NCBI GenBank assembly: GCA_038230375.1
Contig: JBBRNJ010000012.1
Span: 32,001-96,000, forward strand
Length of the DNA: 64,000 bases
Source of the DNA: Polyangiales bacterium
GTDB lineage: Bacteria > Myxococcota_A > Polyangia > Polyangiales > Polyangiaceae
Reading direction: 5' to 3'
The position numbers and the translations under genes are program-made. The stretch's first letter is position 1; each line of letters opens with the position of its first letter. Shown here in pieces: positions 10,286 through 21,445 of this stretch. The notes beneath the pieces were generated by a model. It saw nothing but the letters and a program-made list of their open reading frames with translations, ran no database searches and was not told where the DNA came from.

Positions 10286-11929
10286 TCAGCGCGGAACCTC
10301 GTTCTCGAGGATGCTGGGATGGGCCGTGTTCGGAGTGGTGTTGCCCGGCTTGACGGACCCGCCGGGGGCAACATTCTGACCCGGGTTCTGCGGCGGCTTC
10401 GCGACGCTGACGGCGGCGGTCGCAGCGGAACCGGCGTCCTTCACGACCACGCTGTTGTTCTCCGGCACGGCGACACTGGGTGTGCCGGTCGGTATCACGC
10501 TTGCGGACGGGAGCGGCAACGTGGAGGTCATCACGAGGCCAGTCGCGTTGCCTGTGTTGCTGGGGTCGGGCCTGGCGTGATCGCCAGTCAGTGCCTTCAG
10601 GCCGAAGACGCCACCCACGACCACGACGAGCGCGATCGGGACCAGCGCGTAGATCAGCGGCGAGCGCCTTGGTGTGTGGACCTGCAGCTCGGGCTCGTTG
10701 GTGTCACGAACGACCGCCAGGTTCGTCCGCACGCCAGCCTGCTCGGGGGGAGAATCTTGCGGTGACTGCTGTACACCCGGTGGCCGTGACAGCTGCTGCT
10801 GCATGACATGCGTGGCCTTCGGTACGTTTTCTCCGAGGCCCGGGTAGCTCGCCTGGGTCTTCGCCGTGGCCTCGGTGGGCGTGGCCTGCGTGTCACTCGC
10901 CGCCGGTGTTGCGACGTAAGGCTTCGTGTGCTGGCCGAGCGCAGAGAACGCGAACGTGCTGGAAGGCCCATTTTCAGGCCTCGGAACGATCGAGGAGCGG
11001 CTCTCGGGCTGGTAGTGCTTGATGCGGTCCAGCACCGGAAGCGTGCGCGCCGATGCGAACGGAACGAGCGCCTCCGCAAGCTCACCGACGCTCTGGTAGC
11101 GATCCGCGACCTCGCGTGCGAGCGCCTTGTGCACCACCACGGCGAGCTCGGGCGAGATGTCCTCGCGCGCCTCCTGGATGGGCGGCACGTCCGCGGTGAA
11201 CAGCTTGAAGAGGATCTCGGTGAACTCGCCCGTGTCCGACGTGAATGGCGTGTGGCCGGTGAGCAGCTCGTAGAAGATGACGCCCACGGAGTAGATGTCG
11301 CTCCGTGCGTCGACGTCACGCGGGCTGCGCGCCTGCTCCGGCGACATGTACAGCGGCGTGCCGAGCGCGGAGTTCGTCTGCGTCAGCGATGCGCTTCCTT
11401 GCGATGCGACCTTGCTGATCCCGAAGTCCAGGATCTTCACGAAATCCGCCTGTCCTTCGTGCCGGATGACGAAGCAGTTCGAAGGCTTCATGTCGCGATG
11501 GATGATGCCGAGCGCGTGGGCGACCTGCAGCCCACGGAGGATCTGCGACATGAAATGAATGACGCGCTCGATCTCCAGACCGGGCTTGCCCTCCTGGGTC
11601 AGGAGCTCCGACAGGTCCCGACCGTCGAGGCAATCCATGACGAGGTAGGGAGCGCCCGACGGCAGCTTGCCCACGTCGCTCACCTGCACCACATGCTCGC
11701 TCTTGATCGCCTTGGAGGCGACGCCTTCGTTCAGGAATCGCTCGACCGCGCCCGGAAAGGACACGTACTGCGGGTTCATGAACTTGAGCGCGACGGGAGC
11801 GCGCAGCAGCAAGTGGATGGCCTTGGCGACCGCGCCCATGCCGCCCTCACCGAGCATGCGCTCGATCTGGTACTTGCCGTCGATGATCTCGCCGGTGGTG
11901 GGGTAGCCGCTGGGTGGTTGACCGGACAT
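10286..11929 (-). CDS. Membrane-anchored Hanks-type Ser/Thr protein kinase
   Basis: GEGGMG, VALK, HRDMKPSN, DFG, GTPLYMSPE, DIYSVG; one TM helix (LIYALVPIALVVVVGGVFGL); low-complexity outer tail. Confidence 0.95.
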   Translation of the reverse strand: MSGQPPSGYPTTGEIIDGKYQIERMLGEGGMGAVAKAIHLLLRAPVALKFMNPQYVSFPGAVERFLNEGVASKAIKSEHVVQVSDVGKLPSGAPYLVMDCLDGRDLSELLTQEGKPGLEIERVIHFMSQILRGLQVAHALGIIHRDMKPSNCFVIRHEGQADFVKILDFGISKVASQGSASLTQTNSALGTPLYMSPEQARSPRDVDARSDIYSVGVIFYELLTGHTPFTSDTGEFTEILFKLFTADVPPIQEAREDISPELAVVVHKALAREVADRYQSVGELAEALVPFASARTLPVLDRIKHYQPESRSSIVPRPENGPSSTFAFSALGQHTKPYVATPAASDTQATPTEATAKTQASYPGLGENVPKATHVMQQQLSRPPGVQQSPQDSPPEQAGVRTNLAVVRDTNEPELQVHTPRRSPLIYALVPIALVVVVGGVFGLKALTGDHARPDPSNTGNATGLVMTSTLPLPSASVIPTGTPSVAVPENNSVVVKDAGSAATAAVSVAKPPQNPGQNVAPGGSVKPGNTTPNTAHPSILENEVPR

Positions 11930-12052
11930 AGTCGTAACCTTCTCAGAATAGATGGGGTCGCGTCACAACGCTAGACACACAAACGGGGTACAAGGTGGGC
12001 GAGGTGGGCGCACCCTTGGGAGCGGGCCGCGACTGGGGTATAGAGGCTCGCC

Positions 12053-13630
<1,578 letters not shown>

Positions 13631-13727
13631 ATCTGCGCGCGAAAACTTGGCCCTCGGGGCGCGTGTCCCTTATCCCCGATGACAACGACGCTCGCATGTG
13701 CGCGGGCGCTTTGTCGGAGGAGTCGTC

Positions 13728-15377
13728 ATGGGCACTGAGAGCGATCGTCGCGGGGGCAACGCGACACGAATTCCGTTCGATGCGATGGTCGAGGTGGGCG
13801 GGGCGCTGGGTCCCTCGTTCGAGGCCAAGGCGATCAACCTTTCGCCTGACGGTATGCAGCTCAAGACGGCATACCTCCCCGAGGTGGGGCAGCCCGTCAG
13901 CTGCAGCTTCGAGGCGCCAGAGCTCGGCATGGTCCTGGTGTCCGGCGTGGTCATCTGGCAGGACAAGCACGGCGACGGAGGCGAGTTCGGGATCCGGTTC
14001 ACGAACATCGACCCCGAGAGCGCCGCGCACCTGAAGAGGCTCATCGCGCAGGCTGTAGGCGATACCGCGAGGGCGGGCTCCCGCGTGCGCCTCCACATCG
14101 AAGGCCTGGCGTCGCCGATGCGCGGCCGTGTCCGCGATGCGGATGGCAATGGCGTCACCGCATGCAGCGACCTCAACTTCCTTCAGCTGGGCAAGCCCCT
14201 TGACCTGGAGGACGCAGCCTCCGGCGCGCGTCGTCCGGCGCACATCGGGAGCGTGGAGCTGGAGATCGATCCCGCGTCGCAGGTTCCGCAGCTGATCGTC
14301 AGCATGCGCTACACGGACGCCGCTCCCTCCGAGGACGTGGCGGTCGCGACGGACGACGTATCGGGCAACGCGGGCCCCAGGTCCGACTCTCCCGAGACCG
14401 TGCAGGAGCCCGCGCAGGCGGCGTTCCGCGGCGGCGAAGAGGAGATCGAAGAAGAGTCGAACAAGATGAAGAGCGCCTGGGCGAAGAAGGCGCAGAACGT
14501 GGGCCCCATGCTCAACACGTGGGCCAAGAGCACGAAAGAAAAGCTCACCATGATGTTGAAGAAGCGTGGTGAGGGAAAGAAGGACGACGTCGCGATCCCG
14601 CTTCGTCGCACCACCTCTCCCCCTCCGGCCGGCGCGCTCCACTCGAGCGGTCGCAAGGTGATCCGCGGCGACGTCGAGGAAGAGTCCTACGGGATCGAGA
14701 AGAAGCCGTTCAAGTTCACGAAGCGTCATGCCGCTGTCGCCGGCGCCGTGGGCATCGCATCGATCCTGGCGATCGTCGCGTTCCGCAAGCCGGTGGAGAA
14801 GCCGCTGGTCGGCGCGCCCACCGAAACGTCCGGGCAGGGGACGACTGCGGAGAACACGCCCCCGCAGATCCCGCCGCCGCCTGGCGCAGTCCAGCCTGGG
14901 TCCACGGGCGCACCGGGCGCGCTCCCCATCGCGAACAACAACGACATGAACATCGCGCCCGAGGACGACAAGTCCATGAAGGGCAAGAAGTACAAGGTCG
15001 CTCCGTTCATGAACGGCGCTGTCTCGCACGGCAACGTCCTTCGCCTGAAGATGGACGGCGCAATCGAGAAGATCCAGGGCGCACCGCAGCCGACCGGCTT
15101 CACCGTGGTCATCCCGAACCGCAAGTCCGAGGAGGCCGCAGCGCCGCTCGCCGCGCGTGACGGTCGCATCGCGGGCATCAACGTCGCGAACAACCCGAGC
15201 GGCGCCGAGCTCACCATCAGCTTCAAGGACGGCGTGCCGAACTACATGGTCCGCGCGAAGGGGAACTACCTGGAGATCGTGCTCGCGCAGGGAAATGCGC
15301 AGGCTTCGAACGACAAGGACGGCGACTCGCCGAAGCCCACCGCGAAGAAGAGTCACCCGAAGCACAAGAAGCACTGA
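13728..15377 (+). CDS. PilZ-domain bitopic membrane protein with C-terminal AMIN-like domain
   Basis: SD GGAGGAG before ATG 13728; DRRGGNATRIPF and NLSPDGM (PilZ motifs); VIW...FGIRF; TM helix (AAVAGAVGIASILAIVAF); Pro-rich linker; beta-rich C-terminal domain (GAELTISF..PNYMVRAKGNYLEIVL). Confidence 0.7.
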   Translation: MGTESDRRGGNATRIPFDAMVEVGGALGPSFEAKAINLSPDGMQLKTAYLPEVGQPVSCSFEAPELGMVLVSGVVIWQDKHGDGGEFGIRFTNIDPESAAHLKRLIAQAVGDTARAGSRVRLHIEGLASPMRGRVRDADGNGVTACSDLNFLQLGKPLDLEDAASGARRPAHIGSVELEIDPASQVPQLIVSMRYTDAAPSEDVAVATDDVSGNAGPRSDSPETVQEPAQAAFRGGEEEIEEESNKMKSAWAKKAQNVGPMLNTWAKSTKEKLTMMLKKRGEGKKDDVAIPLRRTTSPPPAGALHSSGRKVIRGDVEEESYGIEKKPFKFTKRHAAVAGAVGIASILAIVAFRKPVEKPLVGAPTETSGQGTTAENTPPQIPPPPGAVQPGSTGAPGALPIANNNDMNIAPEDDKSMKGKKYKVAPFMNGAVSHGNVLRLKMDGAIEKIQGAPQPTGFTVVIPNRKSEEAAAPLAARDGRIAGINVANNPSGAELTISFKDGVPNYMVRAKGNYLEIVLAQGNAQASNDKDGDSPKPTAKKSHPKHKKH

Positions 15378-15390
15378 GCACGCAGGCGTC

Positions 15391-15729
15391 TTGAACGAGC
15401 TGCTCGTTCGATGGGTGGTGGCGTTCGCCTTCACCGAGATCATCGAGGTCCCGATCTACCGGCGCATGCTGGGGAGCGGGTTTCTCGAGGCGCTCGGGGC
15501 GAGTGCCGTCACCCATCCGCTTTTGTGGTTCGTGTTCGTGCCGGCCGTGCGGCAGCACCTGTCTTACATGCAGTATGCAGCCATCGGCGAAACACTGGTG
15601 GTGCTCGTCGAAGTCCTCTGGTTCCGCGTGCTCTTCAAGCGGAAGGGCGCATTCCTGGGAAGCCTGGCCGCGAACGGCGCAAGCTACGGGCTTGGTCTGG
15701 TGGCGCATGCGCTCTTCGGCTGGCCGTAA
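15391..15729 (+). CDS. Small integral membrane protein
   Basis: From TTG 15391: four hydrophobic segments with FTEIIE, THP, GE...VE and ANGAS motifs. Confidence 0.65.
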   Translation: MNELLVRWVVAFAFTEIIEVPIYRRMLGSGFLEALGASAVTHPLLWFVFVPAVRQHLSYMQYAAIGETLVVLVEVLWFRVLFKRKGAFLGSLAANGASYGLGLVAHALFGWP

Positions 15730-15733
15730 CCTG

Positions 15734-16776
<1,043 letters not shown>

Positions 16777-16789
<13 letters not shown>

Positions 16790-17304
16790 GGCTGATCGCC
16801 TTTGGTCAGCGCAAACACGCCGAAGAGGCGTGACGCGGGCTCCGTACCTGCGTCGCCATCCATGGGAGCGCTGCGAAACATTCGCACCTCGATGTCGGAA
16901 GACTGAAGAAGCGAGACGACGACCGTGGCGTCCGACTTGTCGTTTCCATCTCCGGTCGGGCGCGCGACATACACGAAGTTCTTCACACGTCCTTCGCCAA
17001 AGTTGAGCGTGGAGAGTGGATCGTGAAAGAGCTCCGGTATGGGGCGCAGCGGCTCGGACCTGAAGCGCCCGTCGGACGTGGAGATGACGCCGGGGCTGTC
17101 CTGGAGGTGATCCGTATCGAGCGTCAGGCAGACCTTCGTGTCGCCCGGAAACCCGCTACGGACGAACGCGCCGGTGGCGATCGCGCCCTGGTACGTGCCG
17201 CCGCCAGACGTGGAGAAGCGCGACAGATCCCTGCAGCCCATCACACCCACCGCTGCCGTCACGAGCAACGCGCACGTCAGTGAAGAAGTGACCGCAGACC
17301 TCAT
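16777..17304 (-). CDS. Hypothetical lipoprotein
   Basis: ATG at 17304 overlaps the stop of the upstream gene (ATGA); hydrophobic signal ending VMGC; beta-rich mature part. Confidence 0.7.
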
Positions 17305-20300
17305 TTGCCCTTGGGGTTTGCCGTGGCGCTGGGTCCGTCCAGGATCTGCTTCGCGGTCTCTCGCACGTGCGGCTCGGCATCCGTTGCCGCCACGCTCTTC
17401 GCGACCGCTCGCGCTCGCTCGTGATCGCACTCGTCCAGTGCGACCAGCGCTGCCTCACGCACGATCGCGAACGGCTCGTCCTTGATGGCACGCTCCAGGT
17501 GCGCGGCGGCTGCGTCCGTGACAGGGTCCTTTGCGCCGGCCTTGCCCACGCGCCCGAGCGCCTGTGCGGCGAGGAGGCGCATGGACCACGCGTCGTGCTT
17601 CTTCATGATGGATGCAACGGCGTCCACGGTGGCCTGTGAAGGGTGTGCGCCCGTGGCCGACAGCGCGATGCGTGCAACGTTGGGATCTTGATCCGTCAAC
17701 GCCAGCGTCATGGCCTGCGCTGCCTCCTTGGACGGCGAACGCGCCAGGAAGACGATCGCGCGCGTGCGGATCTGTGCATCAGGGTGACGCGCAAGCAGTA
17801 CGACGCCAGGCTCGATCTGTTGCGCAAGCGTGCGGAGCTTTGCGCGTGCCTCGGGCGCCGCCTCGCTCTCGTCCGGGCTCATGATCGGGATGAGGCCGTC
17901 CTCCTTCGCGAGCGCATCCAGTACGACGCGCGCGCGATCACCCGACGTGGCGAGCGCGGCGTTTGCAGCGCGCGTGAGCGGCTCTGCGAACTGCGTGAGC
18001 ACCAGTGCGCGCTCCTTCGCGGGGAGCTCCTTGGGAACGAGCTCCGCGATCACCGCGTCCGCGTCGAGCTGATCCTCCGGCACGGGCAGGAGATCCTTCG
18101 GCTCGTGAGGATCCCGCGTGGCCAGGATGGTGAGGCCGAAGAGCGCCGCGCGTCGCAGCGTGTCGCCCTGCGGACGATTGCGATCAGAGCCGCTCTGCGC
18201 CGCGAACAGCGAGTCCGCGATGACCTGCGGCGTGCTCCGCTCCTCCGCGCGCCCGCCCTTCGCCGACGAGAGTGACATGCGTGCCAGCGCCATTGCCGCT
18301 GCTGCGCGCGGGAGGGGCTCCTGCGACTCCGCGAGCGCCACAAGCGTGGGGGTCTCGCCTTCCGCGTTGAGCTCGGCAAGGGCGTAGGCTGCGGCCGCGC
18401 GCGCGACGGTACCTGCGTCGGAAGAGCGGGCCGTCTGCGCCGCGAGCGGGATGCTTCCCTTGTCGTGTTGCGCGGCCAGACCGAGCAACGCGTACGCGCG
18501 CATCTCCGGCGTCCCGCGCTCCGCGATCTTGCGAAGCAGTGGGATGGCGCGCTTGTCGGGGACCTTCGCGGCGGCCCACGCGGCGCCAACGGCGATGGTG
18601 TCGGTGGCGATGGCATCGAAGCCGAGCTTCTCCTGATCGCGCGGAAAAAGCAGGGTTTCGTAGCGTGCGAGCATGGCCGGGTCACGCAGCGCACCACACG
18701 CGATCATTGCCCGTGCGCGGAGCGGCGTCTCTGCCGGGCCGGTGGCAAACGCGAAGAGCGGCGGCCCCGCGTTCTTGTTCTCCACGTAACCGAGCACGTC
18801 GATCGCGACGCGCTGTTGCGTGCCGTCGCCGTCGGACAGTGCGTCGAGCAACGGCTTCATGGCGCGTGAGCCGATCCGGACGAGCCGCGCGCGAGCCTCC
18901 TGCGCGTCCTTCGAGTTGCTACGGCGCACCTGCGCCACGAGCGCGTACGTGAGATTGCCGTACACCTCCACCAGCACGCGCCGGTAGATGGGCCGTTGCG
19001 GATTGCCGATCGCCAGTGGCAGGAGCTCCTGCTCCAGCGACTCGAGCGTGCCGCGACCCAGGTTGATCTGCATCGAGAGCCGAGCCGCGCGCGCGACCAG
19101 CTCCTCATCCGGCGCACCGCGCAACACACGACGGAAGAGCCGATCTGCGTCGTCCGTCTGGCCCTTCGCCAGGAGCAGATCCGCGAGCTCCAGGTAGACG
19201 ATGAACAAGCGATCGTTCTTGGAGATGGCGGCGCGGAACTCGATGATCGCCTTGTCCACGTCCTGGCGTGAGCGGTACATCTCGCCAAGGTGCTTGTGGC
19301 CCTCCGCGTCGTCGGGGTTCAGCTCCACGCCGCGCGCCGCGTACTTGATGGCGTCGTCGTCGCGATTGAGCTGCAGCGCGTACTGCGCCATGCGCTGGTA
19401 CAGCTCGCGTGCGCGCTTGGGCTCCACGGTGACCAGCTTGTCGAGCAGGGCGATCGCCTCGGCGAGCTTGTTGTCCTGCACGAGCACGCGCTCGAGCGCC
19501 AGGTAGCTCTCGACGTCGCCTGGGGCCTTGTCGATGACCTTGCGGAGCGTGGACGCAGCGTCCGCCAGGTGCCGCAGATGGATGTGCGCCTCCGCGAGCA
19601 TGCGCCCTGCTTCGAGGTCCGGTGGGACCTGGTTGAAACGCGAGTTGAGTGGCGCGATCTGGTCGGCCAGGATGCGCTCCAGCCCCCACAGCGTGACGAT
19701 GCGCGAGCGTGCCTCGCGCGCAAGGATCGCGTCGCTCGCCTTCTGCGCCTTCTCCGACAGCTCTATCCAGATCTGGCGCGACTCCTTGAACTGGTGCTTT
19801 CGCTCCAGCGCGCCGGCGAGCTGCTTCTTGAAGGGCGCGCTGTTGGGATCCAGCTGCACGGCCTCCTTGAATGCGGCCAGAGCGTCGTCCGCCATGTCGT
19901 GCTCGAGGTACACGTCGCCCAGCGCAGAGAGAGCGCGCGCCCGCGGCGTGATCGTGGTCAGAATGCGCCGCCAGGTGGCGATGGCCTGCGCCTTGTCGCC
20001 CTCCTGGAAGTAGTGATCGCCCAGATCCACGAGGTGCGAAGGATCGTTCGAGCTGACCTGCGCCAGGCGCGAGAGCACCTTCAAGCTGCGCTCGGCCTCG
20101 CCGATGCGGCCGTAGAAATCCGCGAGGCGAGACAGGCTCTCCTCGTCGCTCTGTGCGCGTGCCTCGAGCTCCGTGAGAAGGCGGAGTGCCCGCGTGCGAT
20201 CGCCGCGCTGCATGAGCGCATCACACTGCTCGAACACGAACTGCGGGTTGTTCGGCGCGGCGCGGATCAGGCCCTCGTACTCGGCGATGGCGCGATCGAG

Positions 20301-21431
20301 CTCGCCCTGCGACTGCAAGACGCGAATGAGCTTCAGGCGAAGGTCGATGTGGCGCGGGTTCAGCGCGAGCGCCTTCTTGTAGGCAATGAGCGCGTTCGCG
20401 GGGTCGCCGGTCTCCTCGTAGAGGCCGCCCAGGAGCGCAAGCCGCGCGAAGTCGGACGGGTGCTCGTCCTCGATCTGCTTGATGAGCACCGGGAGCTGCT
20501 GGTCGGCGCGGTAGATTTCCGTGATGGTCTCGTAGATCTCGCCGCGGACCGCGGCCTCGCTACCGCTGGCGGAGAGCGCGCGCTTCAACGTGGCGATCGC
20601 CTCCTGATTCTTGTGAGCCTTCGCCTGCGCACGACCCAGATCCTTGAGTGCGGGCGCGAGCGCGCGGTTGTCGCCTGCCGCCGCGGTGACGAGATCCTTG
20701 AACTCGACCTCGGCCTTCTCGTACTCGCCGCGCGAGAAGAGCTCGCGACCCAGCTCGCCGCGCACGAACAAAGATGTAGACTGCATCTTCACGAGCTGCG
20801 TGTGATAGCCCTTGGCGCCGCCGAAATCCTTCGCGTCCAGCGCGATGGTCATGAGCGTGCGAAGGGTCTGCTCCTTGTCCGCAGCGACCGTCTGCAGCGC
20901 GAGCGCTTGCTCGTAGCGTGTGCGCGCGGGCGCCACGTCGCCGCGATCCTGGAGCAGGTGGGCGAGCGCGAGCACCGCCGCAGCGTCGTTGGCCTTCTGC
21001 GCGATCGCCTTCTCGAGGGTCTTGATCGCGTCGTCCGCGCGGCCGTCGAGCTTGTAGACGCCGGCAAGGGTGACCGTGGACGCGTACTGATCGGCGCCGG
21101 CCACCGCGGCGCGTGCCTCGAAGTCGGCCACGAGCTTCACGATGTTGCCGTCACGCTCGCGATAGAGCTGGGCAAGACGCTGGAGCGGGAACGGCGAGCC
21201 CGGCTGCGTGAGAACGATGCGCGTGTAGCGGTCGATGAGCGCCTGCTGCGTCGCGCCGGGCGAGACGGGCGGTGCCGGAGGCCTGCCACCCGCGGGCGGG
21301 CGACCACCCGCGGGAGGCCGTCCACCAGACGGCGGCTTCTTCCGACCGCGCGGGTCGAAGTCCTGGGCGTGGGCCACGCTGCCCGTGACGAGCACGAGGA
21401 GTAGGGCAAGCAGCGGGGTTCGCCTTCGCAT
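17301..21431 (-). CDS. Large secreted TPR + HEAT repeat protein
   Basis: Signal peptide (AHA); many TPRs (e.g. YKKALALNPRH, FKEAVQLDPNS); C-terminal HEAT-like repeats (HPDAQIRTRAIVFL, DQDPNVARIAL, DAEPHVRETA). Confidence 0.85.
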   Translation of the reverse strand: MRRRTPLLALLLVLVTGSVAHAQDFDPRGRKKPPSGGRPPAGGRPPAGGRPPAPPVSPGATQQALIDRYTRIVLTQPGSPFPLQRLAQLYRERDGNIVKLVADFEARAAVAGADQYASTVTLAGVYKLDGRADDAIKTLEKAIAQKANDAAAVLALAHLLQDRGDVAPARTRYEQALALQTVAADKEQTLRTLMTIALDAKDFGGAKGYHTQLVKMQSTSLFVRGELGRELFSRGEYEKAEVEFKDLVTAAAGDNRALAPALKDLGRAQAKAHKNQEAIATLKRALSASGSEAAVRGEIYETITEIYRADQQLPVLIKQIEDEHPSDFARLALLGGLYEETGDPANALIAYKKALALNPRHIDLRLKLIRVLQSQGELDRAIAEYEGLIRAAPNNPQFVFEQCDALMQRGDRTRALRLLTELEARAQSDEESLSRLADFYGRIGEAERSLKVLSRLAQVSSNDPSHLVDLGDHYFQEGDKAQAIATWRRILTTITPRARALSALGDVYLEHDMADDALAAFKEAVQLDPNSAPFKKQLAGALERKHQFKESRQIWIELSEKAQKASDAILAREARSRIVTLWGLERILADQIAPLNSRFNQVPPDLEAGRMLAEAHIHLRHLADAASTLRKVIDKAPGDVESYLALERVLVQDNKLAEAIALLDKLVTVEPKRARELYQRMAQYALQLNRDDDAIKYAARGVELNPDDAEGHKHLGEMYRSRQDVDKAIIEFRAAISKNDRLFIVYLELADLLLAKGQTDDADRLFRRVLRGAPDEELVARAARLSMQINLGRGTLESLEQELLPLAIGNPQRPIYRRVLVEVYGNLTYALVAQVRRSNSKDAQEARARLVRIGSRAMKPLLDALSDGDGTQQRVAIDVLGYVENKNAGPPLFAFATGPAETPLRARAMIACGALRDPAMLARYETLLFPRDQEKLGFDAIATDTIAVGAAWAAAKVPDKRAIPLLRKIAERGTPEMRAYALLGLAAQHDKGSIPLAAQTARSSDAGTVARAAAAYALAELNAEGETPTLVALAESQEPLPRAAAAMALARMSLSSAKGGRAEERSTPQVIADSLFAAQSGSDRNRPQGDTLRRAALFGLTILATRDPHEPKDLLPVPEDQLDADAVIAELVPKELPAKERALVLTQFAEPLTRAANAALATSGDRARVVLDALAKEDGLIPIMSPDESEAAPEARAKLRTLAQQIEPGVVLLARHPDAQIRTRAIVFLARSPSKEAAQAMTLALTDQDPNVARIALSATGAHPSQATVDAVASIMKKHDAWSMRLLAAQALGRVGKAGAKDPVTDAAAAHLERAIKDEPFAIVREAALVALDECDHERARAVAKSVAATDAEPHVRETAKQILDGPSATANPKGK
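21274..21330 (-). repeat. Coding repeat: GGRPP(A) three times in the TPR-HEAT protein N-terminus
   Basis: Translated SGGRPPAGGRPPAGGRPPAPP; 18-nt degenerate period. Ends are approximate. Confidence 0.7.
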
Positions 21432-21445
21432 CGGTTCCAGAGTAG

